Source of the DNA: Bdellovibrionota bacterium
GTDB lineage: Bacteria; Bdellovibrionota; UBA2428
Assembly (NCBI GenBank): GCA_035539375.1
Contig: DATLIP010000068.1
Span: forward strand, 11,383-75,382
Length of the DNA stretch: 64,000 nt
Direction of reading: 5' to 3'
Below are positions 55,162 to 64,000 of this stretch, piece after piece (the stretch's first letter is position 1; each line of letters starts with the position of its first letter). A model generated the notes under the pieces. That model was not told the origin of the DNA. It was given only the letters and a program-made list of their open reading frames with translations, and searched no databases. Both the position numbers and the translations under genes were made by a program.

Positions 55162-57478
55162 GTACGGGCCACGCAAACATACAAATAAAATACATCGAAG
55201 CCTGACCTAGGCAGGAGATCCACGCGATGCCCTTGAGCATGGCGGCTTGAGCTAGGAACAGCGAGCCAAAGCCCACCATCGTTGTGAGCACCCCGAGATT
55301 TACCGCCTGGGCGATGAAGCGCGCCGACTTGATGGCCGTGTCGCCACTCTCCAGTTGGCGGTGTCGTACGTGCACACCCATGTCGATGCCACCTGCGAGC
55401 ACGGCCGGGATCATGGCGATGTTGAGAATCGTGAACGGCACGTTGAAGAGGCCCATGAGTGCCACGAGCAGTGCGATGCCCAGGATCAGCTGAACTTCCA
55501 GATTGAGCGCCTCCTTGAAGGAGCCGAAGTCGAGAAAGAGTACGAGGAAGGCGCCCACGAGGAAGAGCACCATCACGATCTTGCCGTCGTGATTGATGTG
55601 GTCGAGGATCTCCACAAAAACGCTCGAGTCGCTGCCCGATTTGACGCCGGGGAATTCGCTCTTGGCGGTTTTCACAAAGTGGTCCATGTCGCGCACGCCG
55701 CGCTCCTGCGAAAGATTGAGCGTCGTGTAGGCGAGCACCACGGATTGGTTTTTGCCAAAGGCGTCGCGCAGCTGCACGGGCAAGTCCTGTGCGGTGTAAG
55801 GGCGCTCGCGCACCCAGGCTTTGATCAGCTCGGGATCGAGGCCGGTTTTGTCGCGAATCGTTTTGTCAGAAATCTTAGAGATGTTGCTGCGGTACTTGGA
55901 AAGGATCGTGTCGCGTTCTTGCATGTCCAGAGGCAAGAGGTTTTCGACCGAAACCACCGAATGCAAGTGCGCCACTTCGGGATGCGTTTCGATCCAGCGG
56001 TGCAGCGCCCTGGCCTGAGTGGAGTCGGTGGCCATGAGGGCGGCTGGGGTGGTGGTGCGGTTGCGATTGATCTTGTGCACCAGCTCTTTGTCTTCGAGGG
56101 CTTTGGGCGAGAGTTGGCGCATCTTTTCGAAGTCGTATTCAAAGTAAGCACGCGAGAGGCCGAATCCGAAAACCACGAGCAGGGGGAGCAGCGTCCAGGT
56201 CCAGCGCGAGGAAAAGGGATAAAAGCCCAGGAGCTTTTTGGCCATGTGGAAATTGCGCGGTTGTTTGCGCAAGAGGCGCACGATCACCGGGAAGCAGAGC
56301 ACGTAAACGATGTAGATGCTGAGCACGCCGAAGCCTGCGATCTTACCCATTTCGGAAAAGCCGCGGAAGTCACTGAACGAGAGCACGAGAAAAGCGCCAG
56401 CCGAAGTGAGCGCCGCCGAGAGCAGCACGCGGGTCATCGAAAGGTAGGTGTTTAGTGCGGCCGTCTCGCGGGCCTCCCCCGCGTCCATGTTTTGATAAAA
56501 GCGCCGAATCAAGTGGATGCCATATTCCACGCCGAGACCGCCGAGGATGGCGATGAGAAAGGAGGTAACGATGTTCACCTGGCCGATGAGCAAGCCGGTA
56601 AAGCCCAGGGTCCAGCCCATCGAAAGGTTCACCGTGAGCACCGTGATGATCGCGGCGCGGATGCCGCCAAGGCCTGTCACCAGCAGCAACGCGATGATCC
56701 CAAAAGCCACCCACGAGGTCATGGCCACGTCTTTTTGGATTTGGTTCGTGTCGTTGACGTGGTTCACGGAGCGTCCCCACAGCGTGAAAGGAGTATTGCC
56801 CATAACGCTCGCGGCCTTTTGCTGAACGCCGTCCACCAGGGAGCGCGAGAGTTTGATGTTCTCAGAATCGAAGGCGGGCTTGAGCCACAGCAGCGCATAG
56901 CGGCCGTCGTCAGAGACGTAGTACTGCGAGGACTTGGGGTTTGCGCCCGTGTCGCCGAGGTATTTCTTTTTGATGCCCGCGATGAAGTCCTGCGCTTTTT
57001 TGACCTCTTCTTGGTTCTCGTCCTCGGTGCTAAAGCCCAGGTCGAGCGCACCGCCAGCCTTGCCGTCGCTGAGGAGCGTTTCGGTGCTCGATAGCAAGTC
57101 GTCGAATTCTTTTCGCTCTAGCAAGTAAAGACCCTTGTTGCGCAGCGAGTGCGTTTCGCGCTCGTAGTACGCATAGCGAACCGTATCGAGAGTTTGCATG
57201 GCCGCGGCAAGTTCGGGGAGTTTGGCATCCGGGTTTTGAGTAGGGCCGATGACGACGGCCATGGAGCCCACGCCGCCGACTTCTTTGGAGACGGCCTTGA
57301 GGTCCATCACCGATTCGCGCGTGTCAGGGAGCAAATCTGCAAGTGAAAGTTTGATAGCAATATTGCGGCCAAGAAAAATCCCCGCCACCGCTACGATCAC
57401 CGCGATGCTGAGTCCGATCCAAGGTTTGTGGTAGAGAAAGGTCAACGAGCGATCGAAGAGATTCTTGGAGCTTTTCAT
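55094..57478 (-). CDS. RND-superfamily / MMPL (HpnN-like) transporter
   Basis: 794 aa with two 6-TM bundles, each preceded by a large periplasmic loop. The 3' end overlaps the convergent 54574-55161 gene by 68 nt. Confidence 0.65.
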   Translation of the reverse strand: MKSSKNLFDRSLTFLYHKPWIGLSIAVIVAVAGIFLGRNIAIKLSLADLLPDTRESVMDLKAVSKEVGGVGSMAVVIGPTQNPDAKLPELAAAMQTLDTVRYAYYERETHSLRNKGLYLLERKEFDDLLSSTETLLSDGKAGGALDLGFSTEDENQEEVKKAQDFIAGIKKKYLGDTGANPKSSQYYVSDDGRYALLWLKPAFDSENIKLSRSLVDGVQQKAASVMGNTPFTLWGRSVNHVNDTNQIQKDVAMTSWVAFGIIALLLVTGLGGIRAAIITVLTVNLSMGWTLGFTGLLIGQVNIVTSFLIAILGGLGVEYGIHLIRRFYQNMDAGEARETAALNTYLSMTRVLLSAALTSAGAFLVLSFSDFRGFSEMGKIAGFGVLSIYIVYVLCFPVIVRLLRKQPRNFHMAKKLLGFYPFSSRWTWTLLPLLVVFGFGLSRAYFEYDFEKMRQLSPKALEDKELVHKINRNRTTTPAALMATDSTQARALHRWIETHPEVAHLHSVVSVENLLPLDMQERDTILSKYRSNISKISDKTIRDKTGLDPELIKAWVRERPYTAQDLPVQLRDAFGKNQSVVLAYTTLNLSQERGVRDMDHFVKTAKSEFPGVKSGSDSSVFVEILDHINHDGKIVMVLFLVGAFLVLFLDFGSFKEALNLEVQLILGIALLVALMGLFNVPFTILNIAMIPAVLAGGIDMGVHVRHRQLESGDTAIKSARFIAQAVNLGVLTTMVGFGSLFLAQAAMLKGIAWISCLGQASMYFICMFAWPVLSDFVRARLFQGRPPQVPQAHH

Positions 57479-57752
57479 GATGTTATCCCATCATTCTAGG
57501 ACTCACCCCCCGGTATGGCAAGGGGCGTGCCACCGGCTTTCACTTTAAGTCTATGCGGTAGGGCCCGAAAATTGCAGCTCTTTTGGTTGGTTAAATTTCC
57601 ATGAAGGGCGCAAATTCCGTTGAGATCGCCAAAATGAAAACGCTACACTTCAATCATCATCTTCTGGCGTTCATGTAAGTGCCCTCCAGTCAGAGAGAGT
57701 ATTGCGCAAACTCTCTCACCTGCGGAAGATCCATAGGAAAAGGGTCGTTCTC

Positions 57753-58511
57753 ATGAAAATTCGTATGTTCTTAAACAAAGCCATAGCGCCCGTGATGCTC
57801 AGTGGCCTGCTCGCCTTGCAGGCCTGCGGTGGTGCCCAGTCCCTCATGCAAAACATCAAAGTGAGTTCTTCGGACGCTACCGGTGACTTGATGCTCACCA
57901 TGAAGTCACAGCTCAACATCGGCCAGTTGATATTCCCGAGTCTCACGATTCCGGTAGCAGATCCCAAGCATCCGGATCGTCAGTACGGCACGATATCACT
58001 GCTGCGCGATATCAACGGCGTGAACACGCTGCAGCTTGATGTCAACTTGACACTCGCCGCACAGCTTGAGGCCGTCAGCGACGGACGCTTGCCCAATGGC
58101 AATCCGATTCCGATCTCGAACATCGACGAACTCATTGCGATCAAAGCGGGTTCCAAGTCTCAGGTCTATGTGGGGTTCTCGGATGACAAGATCGTGGGCG
58201 GCGTGGCCGTCGCGGTCAAGGAGTTCGACAACATCTCTCGTTATGTGCCGGGCATCAACTTGTTCTACGACATCGGCGGCAATCAGAACGTGAAGGGCGT
58301 CTTTGGGGTATTTACCGGTATGGAGCCGGGTACCAGCGGTCTCGCGATTTTCTTTGACGCCACCAAAGCAGCGTTAGGCACACCTTCTCCGACCATCAAC
58401 ACGGTATTTGCATCCAAGGCTAAGGTGACCTCATCGCAAAAGGCCCGCGAGCAGTTAGAGTCCAGGTTGCAACAGCTCGCTTCGCAGAAAAAAGTGCTAA
58501 AGGTTCAGTAG
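57753..58511 (+). CDS. Lipoprotein, hypothetical
   Basis: Start placed at MKIRMFLNKAIAPVMLSGLLALQAC (lipobox LQAC). No assignable domain. Confidence 0.5.
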   Translation: MKIRMFLNKAIAPVMLSGLLALQACGGAQSLMQNIKVSSSDATGDLMLTMKSQLNIGQLIFPSLTIPVADPKHPDRQYGTISLLRDINGVNTLQLDVNLTLAAQLEAVSDGRLPNGNPIPISNIDELIAIKAGSKSQVYVGFSDDKIVGGVAVAVKEFDNISRYVPGINLFYDIGGNQNVKGVFGVFTGMEPGTSGLAIFFDATKAALGTPSPTINTVFASKAKVTSSQKAREQLESRLQQLASQKKVLKVQ

Positions 58512-58553
58512 TTGTTCTAGTGGGGAGCGCGGCGCCAGGGTCGGCGTCGCGCT

Positions 58554-59663
58554 TCATTTTGCTCTTGGATAAAATTTGTCTAAGTAGGGACGGGCGAGTT
58601 GCACGATCTCTTCGTGATGGCTCTCGTGATAGAGCACTTCGAGAGGAACGATCGATGTTATGAGTTCTGGCTGTGCGGCGAGGTAGGCCACGAGCACGCT
58701 AAAAATGGCGTGGCGAGGATCGTCGACGGCCGCACGTTTTTTGATGTTCGAGCGAAAAAGATAAACGATGTTTAGCGGCGATGCTTCGCCGCGTTCCAGG
58801 CTCGCGACGTCGACGTGCTCGGAGATCATTTTAGCCAGAAACTCAGCGTAATTGCGAAAGATCTCCGTGACGATGACGTTCACCGACTCTTGGTTTTTGG
58901 AGTCGGATTTGCCCTGGTAGGCGTAGTATTTTTCGGTGAGCAAGGTTTTTACCAGCGTGTCGCGCGAGGCGGAAGTATGGGCAAAGCTTTCGAGGGCTAG
59001 CAAGAGGGCGCGGTCGTCCCAACGATCAAAAATTTCGGAGCGCGGTTCACGCTTCGCGATCAGATTCAGACCGCCAAAGAAAAGATCCCATTTAAAATCA
59101 CCTCCAGGTACGGTTTCCGGAGATCTGACGTATTTGAGGAAGGCGTCGAGCCGCTCCAAAATATAATCTTGGTGCAAGGACATGGGATCGATCTTGGCCC
59201 AGCTAGGGTCGAAGAGCGGAGCGATCTCTTTGAGGTCGGGACAAGCGATGAAGGCTCGCAGGGGATTGTAGCTAATGAGCTGGAGTAGGAGCCAGTGAGA
59301 TGGGGCTTGAGAAACGTAGGCGCGGTGCAAAGGCGTCTCTCCTGAGGAGGCGGTGGCGTAGAGCGTTTCGGGAGCCAGGCGATAGAGCGTTTCGATGACA
59401 CGAGTCGTGCAGGCCGTTTCGTAGGCGCCGCTGGCACAAAGGTGGAGGGGAGAGTTTTTGTTGTTGTCGAGATGGGTGGCGGCCGCAGGATCTTGCTTGA
59501 GAAGGGTGAGCACGGGCTCTTCGAGGTTGCGAATAATGGCCAAATGGATCTCTGCATAGCCATTGTCTGGGGTTGCGCTGTCCTCGGCTTGGGCCGCGGG
59601 AATCACCGTGAAGCTAAGGAGCGCCAGCAGTGAAAAGATTTTCATCGCGAATCGGCGCATCAT
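58554..59663 (-). CDS. Secreted ankyrin-repeat protein, paralog A of a tandem triplet
   Basis: Start placed at MMRRFAMKIFSLLALLSFTVIPAAQA. ANK-like NGYAEIHLAIIRNLEEPVLTLLKQDPAAATHLDNNKNSPLHLCA. Conserved C-terminal domain shared with B and C (DFKWDLFFGGLNLIAKRE..., LFRSNIKKRA..., YLAAQPEL...). Confidence 0.65.
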   Translation of the reverse strand: MMRRFAMKIFSLLALLSFTVIPAAQAEDSATPDNGYAEIHLAIIRNLEEPVLTLLKQDPAAATHLDNNKNSPLHLCASGAYETACTTRVIETLYRLAPETLYATASSGETPLHRAYVSQAPSHWLLLQLISYNPLRAFIACPDLKEIAPLFDPSWAKIDPMSLHQDYILERLDAFLKYVRSPETVPGGDFKWDLFFGGLNLIAKREPRSEIFDRWDDRALLLALESFAHTSASRDTLVKTLLTEKYYAYQGKSDSKNQESVNVIVTEIFRNYAEFLAKMISEHVDVASLERGEASPLNIVYLFRSNIKKRAAVDDPRHAIFSVLVAYLAAQPELITSIVPLEVLYHESHHEEIVQLARPYLDKFYPRAK

Positions 59664-59767
59664 AGGTATTCCCTTTGAAGTCCTTGAAGGCGCGTGCGTC
59701 CAGTTAAATCTACTTAACCGCCTGATATCAGCGGGTTGCTTGTGAGTTTTAGATGCAGAGTGGACGC

Positions 59768-61120
59768 TCATTTGGGAGAGGTATGGATCTTCTCAAGGTA
59801 AGGCCGCACACGTCGTCCGATCTCCTCAAAATTCCCTTCGTGGTAGAGATAGTCAAGCGAGACCACCGCTTCGTTGAGCTCGGGCTGCGCGGCGAGGTAG
59901 CCCACGAGCACATTGAACATGGACAGGCGCGAATCATCGTCAGGAGCACGTTTTTTGATGTTCGAGCGAAATTGGTAAACCAGGTTGAGCGCTGTGGCTT
60001 CGCCACGTTTGAGCGCTTCGGCATCGATGTGCTCGGCAATCATCTTGGCGAGAAATTCAGAGTAGTTGATAAACATGGCATCCACCGCGGCGTTCACGGC
60101 CGCGACGCTTTGCGGGTCGGGCTCTTCTTCGTCGTACTCGTAGTAGAGTTCGGCGAGCATGCTTTTCACAAGAGCTTTGCGGTCGGCCACCGTGTGCGTG
60201 AACAGTTCAATGCCCTGGATGAGGGATCGTTCATCCCACAGGTCAAAGAGCGGTGACTTGGGCTCTCGAGTGGCGATCGTGTTCAGAGCGCCCAAAAAGA
60301 GATCCCATTTGAAATCCCCGCTCGGTGCGGCGCCCGCCGAAGAAACCTGTCTCTCGAAAGCGTCGAGGCGCTGCGAGATGAAATCTCTTCGCAGGGAGCT
60401 CGGGTCGAGCTTGGCGAGAGTGGGTTCCATGAGGGGAGCGATCTCTTGCATCTCGGGATAAGCCATGTAGGTTCCCCGCGCGTCGAGTTTGAGCATTTGC
60501 AAAAGGAAAGGCGTGGAATCGCCATAGGATTCGTAAGCGCGTTGCACAGGTGTGTCTCTGGAGACCGTTCGCGCCTGCAGCGCCTCGGGAGCTCCGCGGT
60601 AGAGCGCTTCGATGACTCTGGGAGTGCAGGAGTTGTCGTAATATCCGGTGGCGCAATTGTGGAGAGGGTAATTGCCGTCGTTGTCGACTCGCGAGGGCGC
60701 CTGAGGATCGAGCTCGAGCACTTTCAAAACGACAGCTTCGTTTTTGTTGAAGATCGCGAGATGGATGGCAGCGTAACCATTGAAGTTGGGGACGCTCACT
60801 TGGTCGGGAAAAGCTTCGAGAAAGAGAAGAGCCTTGGCGGGCGGCGCGCGCCTGAGGACGTTGTGCACGGGGTTTTCTTTTTCGCCTCCGATGGAGCTGA
60901 GAAGGGCGGGCTTGGCCTTGAGGATCTCGATAGCGCGGCCCCAATCGGCGTAGGCCAGGGAGAGCCACAATTCGGCTTTTTCCAGATCTTCCTTCTCTTT
61001 TTGTGGATCGCTCGGTTTGGCTTCTTGTGTGGTCTGCTCTTGCGCCCGAAGATTTGTCGTGGCCGTAAAAGTCAAGATCGCCATGCTGAAGAAGATTCCC
61101 GATGTCAGTCGTCGCCCCAT
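59768..61120 (-). CDS. Secreted ankyrin-repeat protein, paralog B
   Basis: 450 aa. Signal-like N-terminus. NGYAAIHLAIFNKNEAVVLKVLELDPQAPSRVDNDGNYPLHNCA. Collinear with A and C along the whole length. Confidence 0.65.
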   Translation of the reverse strand: MGRRLTSGIFFSMAILTFTATTNLRAQEQTTQEAKPSDPQKEKEDLEKAELWLSLAYADWGRAIEILKAKPALLSSIGGEKENPVHNVLRRAPPAKALLFLEAFPDQVSVPNFNGYAAIHLAIFNKNEAVVLKVLELDPQAPSRVDNDGNYPLHNCATGYYDNSCTPRVIEALYRGAPEALQARTVSRDTPVQRAYESYGDSTPFLLQMLKLDARGTYMAYPEMQEIAPLMEPTLAKLDPSSLRRDFISQRLDAFERQVSSAGAAPSGDFKWDLFLGALNTIATREPKSPLFDLWDERSLIQGIELFTHTVADRKALVKSMLAELYYEYDEEEPDPQSVAAVNAAVDAMFINYSEFLAKMIAEHIDAEALKRGEATALNLVYQFRSNIKKRAPDDDSRLSMFNVLVGYLAAQPELNEAVVSLDYLYHEGNFEEIGRRVRPYLEKIHTSPK

Positions 61121-61191
61121 AAGGAAGATGGTTGAAGCCCGGGAACGAACGTGGGTCCCCTTAATTCAGCTTAATTGGCTGAGGAGCGCTT

Positions 61192-62472
61192 TTATTTGGC
61201 AGAGGGGCCGCGAAAAAGGATTTTCTCGTAGAGGGAAAAGCGCCGGAGGATCTCTTCGCGGTTGCCCTGGTGATAGAGCACGTCGAGTTCCACGATGGCC
61301 GAGGTGAGCTCGGGCTTGGCGGCGAGGTAGGCAATGAAGGTGTCAAAGAGTGCCTGTCGCATGGGGTTCTTGAGCGCATGTTTTTTGATGTTGGAGCGAT
61401 ATAGGTAGATGAGGTTGAGGATGCTGGCATCGCCGCGCTCCAGCGCTTTCGTGTCGATCTGCGTGCTCACCATGTTGGCGAGAAAGCGCGCGTAATTGTC
61501 GAAGATGCCGTTCACGGCGTCGTACGAAGCCTTGAGGTTGTAGGGCAGGGGCGGGCTGCGATAGTCGTCGAGCACGGCGTTGAGGTGAAGATGGACTTGC
61601 GCTTCGTAAGTGGCGGCGGTGTGCGTGAAGATTTCGATCGCTTGCATGAGCGAGCGATCGTTCCATCTGCCGAGCAGCGGCCCGCGGTCTTCGCGCTCGG
61701 AGATCAAGGCCAGCGAGCTAAAGAAAAGCTCCCAATCAAAGTCATCGGCACGTAAATCCACCGAAGACGTTTGGAAATAAAGTTCCAAACGATTCAGCAC
61801 AAAGTCTCGATCGGATTCGTCTCCCATGATCGGGGCGACTTCGGGGAGCGAGGGAAGGGCGTCGAGGCTGTGCTCGAAATCGAGTTCTAAGAATTGCCGC
61901 AGGATCGGAGCTGTGCGCAGGGGAGAGTTGTGAGCTCGCTGTATGGGGTTTTCTTGATTCTCTCCCGGTGTGGTGAGCGCTTCGGGGGCCGCGCGGTAGA
62001 GGGCTTCGAGGACCCGTGGGGTGCAGCTCTTGGGAAAATTTCCGAAGGCGCAGTGATGCAGTGGCCAGTTGCCCGACTTGTCGGCGCGCCTGGCGGCTTG
62101 GGTGTCGATTTCGAGCACCTTGAGGACCACGGCTTCGTTCTGGCGAAAAACGGCTTCGTGAATCGCCGTGTGTCCGAGGCGATTGATGAGGCTCACGGTG
62201 GTGGGGAATTTCTCTAAAAACTCGAGGGCTCGTTCGGGCGGCGCGGCCGTGAGTACGCGGTGCACGGGATTCTCGCCGCTCTGGTCGCGCAGGTTTTGCA
62301 GTTCCGGGTTGGCTTCGAGAATCTCGATGACCTTATCCCATTTGTTAAAGCTCAGGCTGTATTTGAGCTGCGATTCGGGATCCTCAGGGATTTGAGCACG
62401 GGCGGCTTGTCCCACTATCGCCCCAAGTGCGAGAAAGCAGCCTATCCTTAGTTTTGCCGAGACCTTGGACAT
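61192..62472 (-). CDS. Secreted ankyrin-repeat protein, paralog C
   Basis: 426 aa. Signal peptide (FLALGAIVGQAARAQ). LGHTAIHEAVFRQNEAVVLKVLEIDTQAARRADKSGNWPLHHCA. Collinear with A and B. Confidence 0.65.
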   Translation of the reverse strand: MSKVSAKLRIGCFLALGAIVGQAARAQIPEDPESQLKYSLSFNKWDKVIEILEANPELQNLRDQSGENPVHRVLTAAPPERALEFLEKFPTTVSLINRLGHTAIHEAVFRQNEAVVLKVLEIDTQAARRADKSGNWPLHHCAFGNFPKSCTPRVLEALYRAAPEALTTPGENQENPIQRAHNSPLRTAPILRQFLELDFEHSLDALPSLPEVAPIMGDESDRDFVLNRLELYFQTSSVDLRADDFDWELFFSSLALISEREDRGPLLGRWNDRSLMQAIEIFTHTAATYEAQVHLHLNAVLDDYRSPPLPYNLKASYDAVNGIFDNYARFLANMVSTQIDTKALERGDASILNLIYLYRSNIKKHALKNPMRQALFDTFIAYLAAKPELTSAIVELDVLYHQGNREEILRRFSLYEKILFRGPSAK

Positions 62473-62579
62473 GCGCGAGGATCTGACATTAGGCAGGATC
62501 TGAGTCCATAAAAAATCCTTCTCCTCATGAACTCCTCTTAATCTTGCCGGATTGATGAAGCGGTTTTAAGTTAAGGCTT

Positions 62580-63692
62580 ATGCAGCGCTGGCACGAGGAA
62601 TCGCTCTTTACCCATGGTGATGAGTTTTATGTGAGCCTCATCGCCGACATCGCCTCTGCCCGCGAGCAGATCGACATGGAAATGTACATCTATCGACTCG
62701 ATGGGCTCGGTCGGCGCGTGTCGGAGGCCCTTATTGGGGCCGCACGGCGTGGCGTGCGGGTGCGACTTCTCGTGGATGCCATCGGGTCGGCCTTTGAACT
62801 CGAAGGTCTCGAAGCATTCTTTGCCGAGACCGGCGTGCAGCTGCGTTTTTATCGTCGCTTCATCGTGGGCGGCGTGCTCACGCCACTGGCGAATCTCAAC
62901 CGGCGCAATCACCGCAAGACAGCGCTCATCGACCGGCGTTGGGCCTACGTATCTAGCGCCAACGTGAGTTCGGTGCATCTCTCGCGCGCCGCGGGCGGTG
63001 AATCTTGGAAGGACGTCTCCGCTCGGGTCAGCGGCGAGGGCGTGCTTGCGCTCGAAGCGGCTTTTGAGGTGGCGTGGACCAAGCCGAGTTGGCGACCCGG
63101 GCTGGGGCGTCGACACAAGCGGCGCGAGTTTGAAGCTCGCGAAGGTCACGCCGACGATCTGGTGCACCTCAACGACACGCGCTCGAGACGGCGTTCGCTG
63201 CGGCTCGAAAATAAATTGCGCATCCTGCAAGCGCGCGAACGCGTTTGGATCGCCAACCCCTACTTTGCGCCTCATCATTCGGAGCTGCGCGCGCTCAAAA
63301 ACGCCGCCCGGCGCGGACTCGACGTGCGTGTGCTCCTGCCCAAGGTTTCTGACGTCTTTTTTATGCCCTTTGTGACCTTCGCTTACTACAAAACCTTGCT
63401 GCGCGCGGGGGTGAAGGTCTACCGCTACCTTCCCTCGGTCTTGCACGAAAAGCTGCGCATCATCGACGATCACCATATGATAGGCTCTTCGAACTTTGAC
63501 TTTCGTTCGCTCCTCTACAATCTTGAATGTGACGTGATGGTGACGCATCCAGAGAATCAGCAAAAGCTGGAGCGGGACTTCGAATCGAGTTTGCTCCATG
63601 CCGAAGCCCTCACAGTGGGTGAGATCGAGCGGACTTCGATCTTTACCAAAATCTTAGCCACGATCTTTTCGCTCTTTAAATATTGGGTGTGA
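62580..63692 (+). CDS. clsB: Phospholipase D-family cardiolipin synthase, ClsB-like
   Basis: 370 aa with two HKD motifs (NHRKTALIDRRWAYVSSANV and LHEKLRIIDDHHMIGSSNFD). No N-terminal TM pair (ClsB-like). Followed by an EEP gene, as in the E. coli ybhP-clsB neighbourhood. Confidence 0.75.
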   Translation: MQRWHEESLFTHGDEFYVSLIADIASAREQIDMEMYIYRLDGLGRRVSEALIGAARRGVRVRLLVDAIGSAFELEGLEAFFAETGVQLRFYRRFIVGGVLTPLANLNRRNHRKTALIDRRWAYVSSANVSSVHLSRAAGGESWKDVSARVSGEGVLALEAAFEVAWTKPSWRPGLGRRHKRREFEAREGHADDLVHLNDTRSRRRSLRLENKLRILQARERVWIANPYFAPHHSELRALKNAARRGLDVRVLLPKVSDVFFMPFVTFAYYKTLLRAGVKVYRYLPSVLHEKLRIIDDHHMIGSSNFDFRSLLYNLECDVMVTHPENQQKLERDFESSLLHAEALTVGEIERTSIFTKILATIFSLFKYWV

Positions 63693-63694
63693 CG

Positions 63695-64000
63695 ATGAAG
63701 GTGCTCTCTTACAACATTCACAAGGGCTTTACGCTGAACAACCGCCGCTTTGTGCTGGATCAGATTCGTCAAGGCATTCGGCAAACCCACGCGGATGTGG
63801 TGTTTTTGCAGGAGGTTCAAGGAACGCATGTCCGGCACGCGCGCCAAGTGGAAAATTATCCCTCCGTTTCGCAATTTGAATACCTCGCCGAAGAGATGTG
63901 GCCGCACTTTGCCTACGGAAAGAACGCGGTTTACGAAGCAGGGCACCATGGCAACGCAATTTTGAGCAAATACCCCATCGAAGCCTGGCACAACTTGGAC
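63695..64000 (+). CDS. Endonuclease/exonuclease/phosphatase (EEP) family protein, YbhP-like; N-terminal part, truncated by the window end
   Basis: My translation: MKVLSYNIHKGFTLNNRRFVLDQIRQGIRQTHADVVFLQEVQGTHVRHARQVENYPSVSQFEYLAEEMWPHFAYGKNAVYEAGHHGNAILSKYPIEAWHNLD. It closely matches the YbhP N-terminus as I recall it (VLTINIHKGFTAFNRRF...CLQEV...[25 protein letters not shown]). Confidence 0.8.
   Translation, partial: MKVLSYNIHKGFTLNNRRFVLDQIRQGIRQTHADVVFLQEVQGTHVRHARQVENYPSVSQFEYLAEEMWPHFAYGKNAVYEAGHHGNAILSKYPIEAWHNLD

Noticed and set aside
62478-62503. Direct repeat aggatctga-N8-aggatctga upstream of ANK paralog C.
   Set aside because: It is short (9 nt) and a single occurrence, and it is not found upstream of paralogs A and B. 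It is insufficient to call a regulatory site.
1-64000. Search for CRISPR arrays, rRNA/tRNA genes, transposases, integrases, phage genes, and toxin-antitoxin or known defence systems.
   Set aside because: I saw no regularly spaced direct repeats, no rRNA or tRNA signatures, and no ORF with recombinase, transposase or phage-structural motifs. The MotAB pair is of normal flagellar size and lacks the long ZorA-type tail and ZorC/D partners, so a Zorya-type defence system is unlikely.

Overview
This is a moderately GC-rich (by eye, not computed), densely coding chromosomal segment from a Gram-negative bacterium. The gene content (HTTM, PEGA, FG-GAP giants, Hanks kinase, many predicted beta-barrel and lipoprotein genes) suggests a Bdellovibrionota, Oligoflexia or Myxococcota-like organism, but this is a low-confidence guess. 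I found no rRNA, tRNA, CRISPR array, transposase or integrase.

Recognisable housekeeping genes: mrpA/mnhB, a SMUG1-type uracil-DNA glycosylase, type-2 ileS, msrA, an MscS channel, a PGES2-like GST, a PaaI thioesterase, cdd, cysS, ahcY, an M28 aminopeptidase, a CPA2 antiporter with two RCK_C domains, an EamA transporter, htpX, a YqaA/DedA-like protein, an RND/MMPL transporter, and a clsB-like PLD followed by a YbhP-like EEP protein.

The stand-out region is about 14.9-41.1 kb:
- A tail-anchored Hanks Ser/Thr kinase is divergent from an apparent 5-gene, same-strand block.
- The block encodes two giant lipoproteins (1953 aa integrin-alpha/FG-GAP-like and 3134 aa cadherin/Ig-like, 15.3 kb together), then a 603-aa membrane protein, then canonical MotA and MotB.
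- The 603-aa protein has a cytoplasmic part that reads as FliG-like (M and C domain pattern) and a periplasmic part with ring-building-motif-like segments.
- No other flagellar gene lies in the 64 kb.
- Next to the block is an envelope module: a VWA-domain protein, predicted beta-barrels, a PEGA+TPR lipoprotein and a two-TM sensor-like protein.
- I interpret this as a candidate undescribed pmf-driven rotor/stator-plus-adhesin (surface motility or adhesion) apparatus. This is an inference.

Other notable items:
- A 267-bp nested, near-perfect inverted-repeat element ends 16 nt before the ileS start.
- There is a tandem array of three paralogous secreted ankyrin-repeat proteins.
- There is an HTTM (vitamin-K carboxylase-like) gene pair.
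- The window holds an unusual concentration of eukaryote-like domains.

All domain calls come from my own reading of the translated ORFs. No database search was run.
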